In this document: in pieces, positions 1 to 9,857 of the stretch
Layout: each line of letters opens with the position of its first letter
Numbering within the stretch: position 1 is the first letter of the stretch
From: Patescibacteria group bacterium
GTDB lineage: Bacteria; Patescibacteriota; Kazan-3B-28; UBA10110
Length of the DNA: 64,000 nucleotides
Direction of reading: 5' to 3'
NCBI GenBank assembly: GCA_041659905.1
Contig: JBAZXK010000002.1
Span: 201,832 to 265,831, forward strand
The notes under the pieces: generated by a model
Told to the model about the DNA's origin: nothing
What the model saw: the letters and a program-made list of their open reading frames with translations, nothing else
Database searches by the model: none
Made by a program: the position numbers and the translations under genes

Positions 1-97
1 TCTTGACAAAATCAAATAAGTATAGTATAATAAAAAATAATAGATATAATCAAAGTAGCTTATTCTTGATAGAATTAAAACATAAAAACAAAACTTG

Positions 98-3000
98 ATG
101 TCTATTGGGGAACGCTTAACTAATCTGTGGCAGTATCGCCGAGTTACTCCGCGTCAGGTGACGCTGTTCTTGGTAAGCGTAGCCGTGCTGGTCACAGTGG
201 TTTTCTTTAATCAGGATATCGTTAATTTGTTTCGTTGGCTCCGCGGCAGCGCGGCTGGAGAACCGAATCCTTTTGGGAATCTCGCTTGGGCCGATGTGCC
301 GGCTAGCAATTTTGGCAGAAGCAATGCCAAACTGATAGATGTGACTGACCCTGCGGGAAATCGTTACTTGTATTTGATCGGTGGGATTGAAACCAAGACG
401 GTGGATGGGAATAAGCGCTTGAGTTTAATTAAATCAGTAGAACGGATTCCCTTAAATCAAACTACCGGCGCTATCGATGCCGGTTCGGTTTGGGAAAAGA
501 ACGATACCAATGGCACTTGGGGGCAAATGTATGCCGGGCATGCCGAATTTGGTGTGGTGCAAAGTACGGACAAAAGATATTTGTATGTTATCTCCGGCGA
601 TATTCATATTCCTAATCCGTTGGATTTTGTTAATTACTCTCCTTTGCTCTTCTCCACCATCGAACAGTTAGATTTGACTAATATTAATCTGGGTTGGCAG
701 CCCATCGCATTACTCACCGGAGTTAATTTCTATCCGGAAGTGATCCAATTCAATGGTCGTTTGCATATTATTGGGGGTGTTTATGGCAATCCTTTCAGTG
801 CGGGATACAGTTGGTCAACCGGAGGCCAAGATCCGTATGAAATTAAAGATCCCCTGCTCTTGACCGATAACGATACTAATCCGGTAGATTTATGGAAATG
901 GGATGATAAATACGAAGACCTCCCTGTTATCGGCGATTTGCCGGTAGCCTTGCCAGATTCAGGTATTGGAGCTGATATAGATACTGGGAGTGGCGGGCCA
1001 GAGGTTGATCCAGGTGGGTTGAGTATAGGCATCGGTGGTATGGGTGGCACGGGAATGGTGATGGCTGATGATGGAGTTCACATTCAACAAGTCGGCGGTC
1101 ATGCACAAAACTTATCCGATACCTTAACTAGGGGGCTCATTAGTGGAGAATTTGTCACTACCGTGAGCGAACACTATATTATCAATCCGGTGACTTTGGC
1201 AATTGATTTCAAGGGAGAGTTAGGAAAGAAATCTGGCGTGCCCATTACCACTTCCGGCAATGATTACACTGGTGAACTATCCGAAATCTGGGAATTAGGT
1301 AAAGTTATGCATATTGCCCATTTGAGAATGTGGTTGGATGATGTGTCGACATCGCCGTTAGGAGGCTTTAGTGTCTTCACCCTATACCCGGCTCCCCAAG
1401 GTCGCTATGGCCATAAGGTTTTCATAAACAACAACACATTATATGTCGTGGGTGGAGCCAGCTGGGCCGCACCCATTGAAAAAATTTATCGCCCACCCGT
1501 CGGCAATATGTTCTTTATCAATATTTATTCTTTCTGGGTGATCGATGATGATACGCATCCGTTTTCAAAAGGAGATAACTTCGACAGAACGATACTTGGT
1601 TTTCTGCGGGATGATTATTATAAATATCTGGGGAATATTACCTATCAATGGGACAATGTGGCGGAAGTTTGGAAAGGCACTAATACAGTTAGCAATACAT
1701 CACCACTCCCATCTGATTATGCTTTTCAATCCGGTTCACCGCTGCAGGGTTCAGGTAGAGCTTTCTTTGCTTGGGCGGAACTGCATCCTACTGAGACTAC
1801 TACTGAGTTCTTGGCTATCGGTGGGTTAGAAAACAATTTAACACCCGATAGCGACGCAGATAATAACTGGGGCTTGCCACTGGGCGTCCGGGCGACAGCT
1901 GCGAGTTGGCCGTCTGTTAATTATGGTCTGTCGGTTTGGGAAACTTACCGGGTGGAAAAATTTGCTGGTAGTAGTTGGGAGACGCGAGCCCCTTTGCCTA
2001 ACATTGGTAATGACATAATCGGTGTTTATGGGGCCACGGCGGTAGGCGGCGGAACGGGGGCTATTGTGTTCGGTGGTCAAACCGAGTTGATAGTTGATCC
2101 AGAACAACCTTTCTTTAATGACCATGTGCCGGCCTATGAACGGACTGTGAACACGTCCGGGTTTGGCTATCTTGACTCCGGCGGCGATGGCGATACTGGC
2201 ACAGGCACTTGGTGGCCGATGCAAAACATCCAATATGCTAGAGCTTATCCGGCGACATTGGATGTCAGAACAGCGACCATCGGTGGCGGCGAAACAATTT
2301 ATATTTATAAAGCTAACGGCTCCACTGTCGGCGATGGCGACGGTTTGCCAAATAATACTTCCCAGGTTGAAGCGTTGGGTCCGATTCAGTATGGCGGAGC
2401 TGGGGTAGTAGATTGGTCGAAATCATTTATTGAGGTGGAACCGGCTCCTGGCAATCCTGCTGGGTATTATAATTGGCCTGGTACCAGTGAAACCACTCTC
2501 GAAATTCTGGCTGATCGACATGATTATGCTTTAGTGACAGTTAATTTAATGGATTATTATGGGAATCCGGCCACTTCCGCTGGGCTGGATCAAGTGCCCG
2601 GAGGATTGGCGGTGAGCCTGTATACCGAATATGCCAGCGGTCTAAGTCGGAGTCCGAAACCAGCGATTAAAAAGAATATTAAGGGCGATCCGACTTCTAC
2701 CCCCGACTGGATCCGTATTAAAGGCCAACCGACTTCATCCACTGGCGGCCTGCTTTCTCCCGAATGGGATAACCAATTCGTGTTGGTGGATATGGGTGGC
2801 GCAAATGGTGGCGAAGATGGGAACCCAGACACGACAGCGGGGCAGGTTCAATTTTATATTTCTTCCAGTCACGATACTTTCGATACGGATGGCATCACCC
2901 CGAGTCCGATCGAGGCGTTGGCCTACATCCTAGATACTAATGAAACAGCTTTTAGCGTCTTGGCTGATGGAGCTTTAAATACTTTGCCTCACAAAAATGA

Positions 3001-5902
3001 GCTGATCTTTACCTATCATGGTGTGCCAAGTTTAAAGAGCACTGTTACAGCCACGAGTCCGGTTAAAGCCGATGGAGTCGCCGAATCCACTGTCACCGTT
3101 ACCCTGATTGATACTTATGACAATCCGGTCCCATCGTTGAACACAAAAGTTGAGTCTAACCGGAATTTAGACACTGATCAAGAGGGCCACCTTATTATTC
3201 ATGACAACATTGTTCCGCCCACCAAAAATGCCAACGATCAGGGAATAGCTATTTATAAGGTGAGCTCTCCCCTGATTGGCCGGGCGGATCTGCAGGGTTA
3301 TTATGCCCCGCCGGTTGCCGTGCCGGACGATCTTTCAGAATTACCGAATTGGATCGGTTATAAGACGGCGAATGTTTTATTTACCAATCAAGGTCAGATT
3401 ATCTCTTTGTTCCCGGAATCGGCTAAACAAGGGCAAATAATCAAAGATCCGACACCGATGGTAGCTGTGGGTGATCTTGTCCAGTGGGATGCATCAAAGA
3501 CGACAGTTATGTTCCTTCCTTCAGAAGGAATCAGTTTCCAGTATCAACAAGGTAACAGCGGCTGGGACGACATAGAAAAACTGATGCTATATGCAGACAA
3601 ATCGGTAACTAATTTTAGGGCGATGGTAGACCCCAGTTTAGCCAATGCTCAATTGTATCTTAAGATTACAGAGGGAGGTGGTTCTTTCTACACTGCTGGC
3701 TATCCTGACAATATTACTGTGAATGTGACGTCAAGCTATGCCGAATTTCCTTACATTACAAGTGAAACGCCCGGTATTCTAAAAATAGAAGTTAGACTAA
3801 ATAATGCTAGCGGCAATAAGTTAGGTGAACTCTGGCTGCCTATGGCAAAATCGGAGAACTCCCTTGTCAGTATTGCCATCGATGCCTCTAAGCATTCTGT
3901 GGCCGTCAATGAAGCTATCGAAGTCACAGCTCAACTAAAGAATATCCACGGTACTGCCTATCTTGGACAAACATTTACATTTACTAAAGACGATGGCACC
4001 AGCGGATATTTCACTCCCGCTAATGGCCAGGTTACTGATACAGATGATGACGGCAAGGTAGTGATCCAATATACGCGGACTGGCACTGGCGGTGGTACCG
4101 TGCACATTTTTGCCACTGCTACTTATGAGACAGAGCTAGCCTCTGATCGGGTTGCTATTAGAAAGTTGGTGGATGCCTCGGCTAATCAAACTATTACCTA
4201 CGACTCCACTGGTCTAGATGTGCAAACAGAGGATGCCTCAAGACTGTCACTTACTTTTGGGGGCACCACTGGTGTGACTGTGGGTTCAGCTGCTCCGGTA
4301 GGAATCTGGACTTTCTTGGTTTCAACTGATCTTGGTTTGACTACACCTGCAGAAGAAACTACCACGTTCTTGGTAGAACCGGCGGGTCCTACTGCTCCGA
4401 CAATTCTAACACTCGACCCCGCCGAGGGTCTGCGCGGTCATGGTTACGATATCGAGATTGATGCTGTTAATACAGGCTTTGAATGGAATATCCCCGGCTC
4501 TAATTCGGTCGTGACCTTTACGCCAGTGAACGGGGGCGATCCGGTGACTACGCCGATTGTAGCTAGTTCCACTAACAGTTTTACACATCTGACTGTCCGT
4601 TGGGATATTGCGGCTAATGCTAAAGTGGGCAATTGGAACGTGAAGGTGACCACAGGGAACCAAGTGGCTGAGATGCCCTTTAACCATGACTTTAAAGTGA
4701 CTACCGAAAGCGGTTATTTCTTAGATGTAGTAGCTGTTCCCTCTAGTATCGCTCGTGATGGATCGGCCACATCTACTATCACTGCCACCGCCGGGTTTGT
4801 TGAGTTAACCGGAGATATAACACCATTAGACGGCGATCCTATTACTTTTGACAAAGGCACAGCGGGTGGCTCTTTGACTCCGGACGGCACCACTACTAAA
4901 GCCGATGGATCGCAAACCTGCGTTTATCAAACCGATGGTCCCGAAGATGCTACTGCGGAGACTAATATCCAAGTATCAGTGGTAGATACTGCCCAAACTT
5001 TACTGGGGACTGTCAAAATTATCAGAACTGGCATGAATCCTAATGACATTGATGTAACTAAATCTTGGATCTCGGCCACATCCCCGGTGCCAGCCTCGGG
5101 CGATCCCTTGGATGCTTCACTGGTAACAGTCACGGTGCGCAATGGTTTGAGTCAGCCATTAAGCGGTATAGTGGTAACCTTGAGTACTAATCATTCGGAG
5201 GATACAATCCTTACCACTCATCTTAATCCCCAGCCGACCGACACTGATGGTCGGGCTATCTTCGAAGTAATGTCGATGATGCCGGTGCATACCAGCACTA
5301 TCACCGCTACTTTTGGCAATGGCCTCCAAAAGCAAGTGAATGTATTATTTGAAGATCCCACTCTCCTCTCTCGGCGCTTCTTCGCGTTGACTGTGCCTTT
5401 CCAGGCGAGAGATTATGATAATCAAGTTTGGACGGTGATAAAACACAATGGAGCCGAGAAGAACATGGATGATGAGTACAAGAAAAATACTCGCACTGCC
5501 ACCAATCCAGATTTATTAACCGACTTAGAGGGAATTAGATTCTATTTGTATAACGGAACTAATGATAGTTACACCGTTTGGGTAAAGGGCAAAAATCATC
5601 TGGCGGCAGCTAAGACCACCGTTAAGACAAGCGACGCTGTTAGCGGTGTAATCAGTATTAATTTCAGTACCATCATAACCCACGGTCTGAAAGTGGGCGA
5701 TATTGCCATCGCTTCCGGAGGCACGCAAATTAAGCCGGGCTATCATGATAATACTATTGGCTCTGTCGACAGCAAGGCCGTTTACGATCGTTTCTACGGT
5801 AGCTATCTAGACTTGCCTGACTTAGATTTTAACCAAAGTGTTAACTTATTGGATTTCACTTATACCTTAGCCAACTGGGGGGCAGGTGCCCCGTTGCCAT
5901 AA
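98..5902 (+). CDS. Giant (~1935 aa) secreted/surface protein: N-terminal signal-anchor helix, Kelch/galactose-oxidase-like beta-propeller repeats, then multiple bacterial Ig-like (Big) domains
   Basis: Long ORF from the track. N-terminal hydrophobic stretch LFLVSVAVLVTVVFF. Repeated YLYLIGG / YLYVISG / GRLHIIGG / NTLYVVGG blades. Repeated T/V-rich Ig-like segments such as TATSPVKADGVAESTVTVTLIDTYDNPV. ATG at 98 follows a TTG at 95. Confidence 0.6.
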   Translation: MSIGERLTNLWQYRRVTPRQVTLFLVSVAVLVTVVFFNQDIVNLFRWLRGSAAGEPNPFGNLAWADVPASNFGRSNAKLIDVTDPAGNRYLYLIGGIETKTVDGNKRLSLIKSVERIPLNQTTGAIDAGSVWEKNDTNGTWGQMYAGHAEFGVVQSTDKRYLYVISGDIHIPNPLDFVNYSPLLFSTIEQLDLTNINLGWQPIALLTGVNFYPEVIQFNGRLHIIGGVYGNPFSAGYSWSTGGQDPYEIKDPLLLTDNDTNPVDLWKWDDKYEDLPVIGDLPVALPDSGIGADIDTGSGGPEVDPGGLSIGIGGMGGTGMVMADDGVHIQQVGGHAQNLSDTLTRGLISGEFVTTVSEHYIINPVTLAIDFKGELGKKSGVPITTSGNDYTGELSEIWELGKVMHIAHLRMWLDDVSTSPLGGFSVFTLYPAPQGRYGHKVFINNNTLYVVGGASWAAPIEKIYRPPVGNMFFINIYSFWVIDDDTHPFSKGDNFDRTILGFLRDDYYKYLGNITYQWDNVAEVWKGTNTVSNTSPLPSDYAFQSGSPLQGSGRAFFAWAELHPTETTTEFLAIGGLENNLTPDSDADNNWGLPLGVRATAASWPSVNYGLSVWETYRVEKFAGSSWETRAPLPNIGNDIIGVYGATAVGGGTGAIVFGGQTELIVDPEQPFFNDHVPAYERTVNTSGFGYLDSGGDGDTGTGTWWPMQNIQYARAYPATLDVRTATIGGGETIYIYKANGSTVGDGDGLPNNTSQVEALGPIQYGGAGVVDWSKSFIEVEPAPGNPAGYYNWPGTSETTLEILADRHDYALVTVNLMDYYGNPATSAGLDQVPGGLAVSLYTEYASGLSRSPKPAIKKNIKGDPTSTPDWIRIKGQPTSSTGGLLSPEWDNQFVLVDMGGANGGEDGNPDTTAGQVQFYISSSHDTFDTDGITPSPIEALAYILDTNETAFSVLADGALNTLPHKNELIFTYHGVPSLKSTVTATSPVKADGVAESTVTVTLIDTYDNPVPSLNTKVESNRNLDTDQEGHLIIHDNIVPPTKNANDQGIAIYKVSSPLIGRADLQGYYAPPVAVPDDLSELPNWIGYKTANVLFTNQGQIISLFPESAKQGQIIKDPTPMVAVGDLVQWDASKTTVMFLPSEGISFQYQQGNSGWDDIEKLMLYADKSVTNFRAMVDPSLANAQLYLKITEGGGSFYTAGYPDNITVNVTSSYAEFPYITSETPGILKIEVRLNNASGNKLGELWLPMAKSENSLVSIAIDASKHSVAVNEAIEVTAQLKNIHGTAYLGQTFTFTKDDGTSGYFTPANGQVTDTDDDGKVVIQYTRTGTGGGTVHIFATATYETELASDRVAIRKLVDASANQTITYDSTGLDVQTEDASRLSLTFGGTTGVTVGSAAPVGIWTFLVSTDLGLTTPAEETTTFLVEPAGPTAPTILTLDPAEGLRGHGYDIEIDAVNTGFEWNIPGSNSVVTFTPVNGGDPVTTPIVASSTNSFTHLTVRWDIAANAKVGNWNVKVTTGNQVAEMPFNHDFKVTTESGYFLDVVAVPSSIARDGSATSTITATAGFVELTGDITPLDGDPITFDKGTAGGSLTPDGTTTKADGSQTCVYQTDGPEDATAETNIQVSVVDTAQTLLGTVKIIRTGMNPNDIDVTKSWISATSPVPASGDPLDASLVTVTVRNGLSQPLSGIVVTLSTNHSEDTILTTHLNPQPTDTDGRAIFEVMSMMPVHTSTITATFGNGLQKQVNVLFEDPTLLSRRFFALTVPFQARDYDNQVWTVIKHNGAEKNMDDEYKKNTRTATNPDLLTDLEGIRFYLYNGTNDSYTVWVKGKNHLAAAKTTVKTSDAVSGVISINFSTIITHGLKVGDIAIASGGTQIKPGYHDNTIGSVDSKAVYDRFYGSYLDLPDLDFNQSVNLLDFTYTLANWGAGAPLP

Positions 5903-5932
5903 AAAGTAGTTCCCATTTAAACAAAAACAAAA

Positions 5933-6244
5933 ATGAAAAATACATTGTCTCGCATAACTTATCTCTGGTTTAGTCCCGCAAGTTTTGTAATGGCGGGAAT
6001 GTTGCTGTTGCTAGGAATTATCTTATTCCATAGCCGTATTAATGGCACAGAGTCGTCACATTTTTCTAGCGCTTCCCCCATTTCTGCTGCCGTCGCCGGC
6101 GATTACGTTGCCCAGGATATTATTCAAGATTCCCGGAATATTTCACGCTACCCGGACTATATGAAAAACCCCGATGATTATCTGCTCAGGTTTACTTACG
6201 ATCTCGGCCACGACAATAAACCGATATTTATTACTCAGAACTAG
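5933..6244 (+). CDS. Small membrane protein (hypothetical)
   Basis: 103-aa ORF with an N-terminal hydrophobic helix. No recognisable motif. Confidence 0.3.
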   Translation: MKNTLSRITYLWFSPASFVMAGMLLLLGIILFHSRINGTESSHFSSASPISAAVAGDYVAQDIIQDSRNISRYPDYMKNPDDYLLRFTYDLGHDNKPIFITQN

Positions 6245-6660
6245 CGCGGCTTAGGGCGCGTAATATGAGGCTGACTTCCATATACCGGCAAAACCTGCCG
6301 GAATTTTTTTATTTTAGTGGTCAGTTTGAGTAACTGTTCAATCCGGTCTTGGGCGGTGCCAATCAAATGAGCCTTGCCAATCACCGGGATGCCTAAACCG
6401 TAACCGAAGGCGTTGGCAATACTCACTCCTACCCGCAGCCCCGTAAAAGAGCCGGGACCCAGATTCACCGCTACCCATTTGAGTTGCTCGGGTTTAATTT
6501 TATTGGTTTGTAGAAGCTTATCGATATTAGGCAGCAGTTCTTGCGATTGGTTGCGCTCCGATACCCATGTCTTGATTTTAGTCACTCTCTCCCCTGCCAA
6601 ACCAATGCCGGTAGCAGCTTCGGTAGTATCAATTGCTAAAATATAGGTTTTATTCAGCAT
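6241..6660 (-). CDS. tsaB: tRNA threonylcarbamoyladenosine (t6A) biosynthesis protein TsaB
   Basis: ILAIDTT... and LGPGSFTGLRVGVSIANAF motifs typical of TsaB/YeaZ. Overlaps tsaE in an operon arrangement. Confidence 0.7.
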   Translation of the reverse strand: MLNKTYILAIDTTEAATGIGLAGERVTKIKTWVSERNQSQELLPNIDKLLQTNKIKPEQLKWVAVNLGPGSFTGLRVGVSIANAFGYGLGIPVIGKAHLIGTAQDRIEQLLKLTTKIKKFRQVLPVYGSQPHITRPKPR

Positions 6661-7078
6661 TTTTGATTTGGAATTTACGCTGATTATCTTTGATGCCAGT
6701 GATTTTTATCCAAATAGTATCCTTCGGCAGATATGGCTTAATCTTTTCTGCCCACTCGATCGCTACGATATTGGTTTTAGCGTTTTCTAAAATTTCTGCT
6801 GTGAGCAGTGGATCGGCGCCTAGTCGGTAAACATCATAGTGATAGAGGAGAAACTTCTTTTTGGGAATATTATAAATTTTTTCCAGCACAAAAGTCGGAC
6901 TGACAATTTTCCCCTTAATCCCCAATCCTTTAGCTAATCCTTGGATAAAAGTAGTCTTGCCGCCTCCTAAAGTAGATTCGAAAGCAATAATGCCAGGATG
7001 AATTATTTTTTTACCTAAAGCTTCTCCCAGTTTCTGAGTTTCCGCGGCACTATTGGTGATGTAAATTTGGATAGCCAT
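6650..7078 (-). CDS. tsaE: t6A biosynthesis ATPase TsaE
   Basis: P-loop TLGGGKTTF plus SPTF and HYDVYRL motifs of TsaE/YjeE. Confidence 0.7.
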   Translation of the reverse strand: MAIQIYITNSAAETQKLGEALGKKIIHPGIIAFESTLGGGKTTFIQGLAKGLGIKGKIVSPTFVLEKIYNIPKKKFLLYHYDVYRLGADPLLTAEILENAKTNIVAIEWAEKIKPYLPKDTIWIKITGIKDNQRKFQIKNAE

Positions 7079-9344
7079 ATCTTTTTCTATAAGTCCACAT
7101 TATGGCAGAAAGCAACCCGCTCATCCAGAAAAATGTCCCCCAGCGCCATAATTCTCCAGTATCGACTAAATTAAAGTTGTCAGTTTCGTTCCCGGAAGCA
7201 AAGCTGATATCGTTGACTGCTCCGGGTGTAGTTTCATTCGACCAAAACCAGCGTTCATTCGGAGCCAATACATAGGCATAGCCCTGTTTGACCGAACCAT
7301 CGTAATCAAGTTCATCGATCAAATTATCTTGACTGTCCAGTAATTGCAATTCTTCTCCGCCCGAATTGTTCAGGCGGATATGAGTGGTGGAATAGGCTAA
7401 TAAAAGATATTGTTGAGGTTCTAACACAACAGCAGTCGGTTCATCAACTTCTTCTGTTGCAGCTATTTCGACCGAATCCAAAGCGTTAATAATATAAACT
7501 TTTCCGCTAGCGTCCAGTAGTTGCCAACCGGTAATATCAACTGTTTGGTCCCCGGGATTATAAAGCTCAATAAATTCGTTGTCTCCGGCATTGGGATTAG
7601 GTAAAATCTCGGTAATAATGATTTGTTTCAAAAGACCAGAAGTTCCACTATTGCTGGTTCTCCCCGGGCTAGCCACAGTCAGCTCGATCTGGTTAGATTT
7701 AACATCGTCAGCATTATAACTGCCTACGACAGTGAAAAAATATTTAGTTTTTGAGACTAAATTTTTCACGGGATAGGTAGTTGCAGATGATGTCGTTTGT
7801 CCTATTTGAAGTCCTAGTTGCCCTGATTTTTCTGATTGATAGATTTCGATGTCCCCGATGGCTCCCGGCAAATTGATTTCCCAGGTTAACATAGCAGAGG
7901 TGGCCGTAATGCTGTTGGCTTTTAATTTAATCACTACTTCGTTGGGTTGCAGGCTAGTGGGATCATTATTAGTGTTATCTAAAATAACATCTTCCTCGTC
8001 TTCGTCCGTGCTCTCGTACAGATTAGCTGCATTAGGAGTCACGCGCTGAGTCCATTGCCAATTGCCATTGATTTTAGAGTAGGAATTTCCTTCGGTAGCG
8101 GTGCCATAATTAGGCGTAACTTCTACTATTACGTCGTTGGGTTGTAATAATCTAGCCTGATCGCCAGTATCGTTTAAAGCGAGATGAGTTTGAGACTTAG
8201 GAAAAGTTAAATATTGATGCGGACTGATAATAAGGTCGCTAGAGATGGTGTAAACAGCCGATCCACCCGGCGACTGATCATCTAATTTCCAACCCTTTAG
8301 GTTAGCCGAATTGTCCCCGGAATTATATAGCTCAATAAACTCTTCGTTTCCAGACGGGGGGTGAGGATAGAGCTCGCTGAGAGTGATCTTATCGGAATAG
8401 ATTGGAATTTCTGGTTCCTCTTCCGGTTCAGTAATAGTGACAGCATTGGATAAAATGGCTGTTTGCCCATCCGGGTTGATAACAATCACGTCCCATTCCC
8501 CTGCTTCAGCGGAAGAGAGATTGAATTTTGCTGTATCAATTGTAGTAGAAGTAAGTACGTTTACATTAGTAGCCCAGATAGATAAATCATCCTTTTCTAA
8601 TTTAATTTGAGTAACCCCAGTGGTAATAAAATTTTCTCCAATAATTTCTTCAATTTCCCAAATAGTTTCAGTTTCGGCTTGATCAGGAATAATTTTGCTG
8701 ATTACCGGGGTGGCTGGTGCTGGTAGAGAGTTTTCAGCCAGAGGGGTGCCCAAGTCAGGTCGATCTGTATCTAGATTGATGGCCGCAGTTGCTTCATGCC
8801 AATTTGTTTTTTCACCACCAGGACCATACGCTATGTTGCGTTCCATAGTTACTCCCTTAATCCCGCAAAAATTAACACCACTGCTTTGCCCGTCTCCGGC
8901 AGTATCGATAATCTGATCGGACTGGTCATACAGAAAAAGCTTGAATGGATTATCCAATATCGAAACAGCCGTATCGATATAATCAGGATCGATATTCAAA
9001 ACTGAAGGACCGCCCCCAAATTGGTAATCCTTACCGTTATTGGCAATTAAAAAATATCCCGAAGCGGGAATAAGATGATTTTGACCGATGTTGATAGTAA
9101 CCATTGCAACTTTTTGTTGGCCATTAGCATCAAGTCGTCTGATTTCCCAATCAATCAAATCGATTTCTTCATCAGTGGTGTTTTTGAGTTCAATCCACTC
9201 ATCAGCAATGCTCACGGTACTGCCGGCCCACGCCACTTCGTTGATCACGATGGGCGGAATTTCTTCTTCGGCTATACTGACCATAGGCTGAAAAATAGCT
9301 AGCAATAAACAAATACTAACAACAATTCCCCCAATTTTTTTCAT
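7050..9344 (-). CDS. Secreted protein with two lamin-tail domains (LTD) and fibronectin-III-like beta domains
   Basis: Signal peptide MKKIGGIVVSICLLLAIFQPMVSIA. VINEVAWAGS...EWIELKN and ITEILPNPNAGDNEFIELYNPG match LTD motifs. Confidence 0.6.
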   Translation of the reverse strand: MKKIGGIVVSICLLLAIFQPMVSIAEEEIPPIVINEVAWAGSTVSIADEWIELKNTTDEEIDLIDWEIRRLDANGQQKVAMVTINIGQNHLIPASGYFLIANNGKDYQFGGGPSVLNIDPDYIDTAVSILDNPFKLFLYDQSDQIIDTAGDGQSSGVNFCGIKGVTMERNIAYGPGGEKTNWHEATAAINLDTDRPDLGTPLAENSLPAPATPVISKIIPDQAETETIWEIEEIIGENFITTGVTQIKLEKDDLSIWATNVNVLTSTTIDTAKFNLSSAEAGEWDVIVINPDGQTAILSNAVTITEPEEEPEIPIYSDKITLSELYPHPPSGNEEFIELYNSGDNSANLKGWKLDDQSPGGSAVYTISSDLIISPHQYLTFPKSQTHLALNDTGDQARLLQPNDVIVEVTPNYGTATEGNSYSKINGNWQWTQRVTPNAANLYESTDEDEEDVILDNTNNDPTSLQPNEVVIKLKANSITATSAMLTWEINLPGAIGDIEIYQSEKSGQLGLQIGQTTSSATTYPVKNLVSKTKYFFTVVGSYNADDVKSNQIELTVASPGRTSNSGTSGLLKQIIITEILPNPNAGDNEFIELYNPGDQTVDITGWQLLDASGKVYIINALDSVEIAATEEVDEPTAVVLEPQQYLLLAYSTTHIRLNNSGGEELQLLDSQDNLIDELDYDGSVKQGYAYVLAPNERWFWSNETTPGAVNDISFASGNETDNFNLVDTGELWRWGTFFWMSGLLSAIMWTYRKRYGYPNLHHQ

Positions 9345-9419
9345 CCTTCCCCCGCTTGTTTATATGTTTAGTTTTAGTATACAACCGGGTAGTTTGTTTA
9401 ACGATCTTTAAGTAATTTT

Positions 9420-9545
9420 TTGGTAGGGTTGATAAGGCAGATGTGAAGGGGTGTTAACATGGGTTATCAACCCCAAACTGCGCTCTGGGAGAGAATTTAA
9501 CTGGTAAGGCTGATATGGCATATCAACCCTAGTTTTGGATTGAAT
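9420..9545. repeat. Short dispersed motifs AGGGTTGATAAGGCA / TGCCATATCAACCCT and GTTAACATGGG, same family as the 13.9-14.4 kb array
   Basis: Direct reading: agggttgataaggca...gtgttaacatgggttatcaacccc...ggctgatatggcatatcaaccct. Confidence 0.5.
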
Positions 9546-9599
9546 CAAGGCAGTTTATGGGCAATATTTTGATATCGACAAAATTGTCCACTGCTTTCT

Positions 9600-9628
9600 T
9601 TGACAGGTGCCCGAAAGTCGGGTAAATT
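9600..9628 (+). promoter_or_regulatory. Near-consensus sigma70-type promoter (TTGACA-17 nt-TAAATT) upstream of rny
   Basis: ttgacaggtgcccgaaagtcgggtaaatt with a 17-nt spacer, ~230 nt upstream of the rny start. Confidence 0.35.
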
Positions 9629-9857
9629 GGGGGTGTTGCGAAAGAGATTTTGTCAGAGAAGTTCGCAGCTAATATATCAATACCTTTCAGGTTGGTTCAA
9701 GTTCCCTTCATTCAAAAATTTCTATGCAATTGAGTTTAATTATTCCTGTGAGTTACCAGATCAATCTTATCCAGACTAAACAGTTTTTAGAGGGATAGTT
9801 TGCCCAAATTTTTGAAGCCGGGAACCAACCTGAAAATAATTTCAGCGAGGTTATAAA

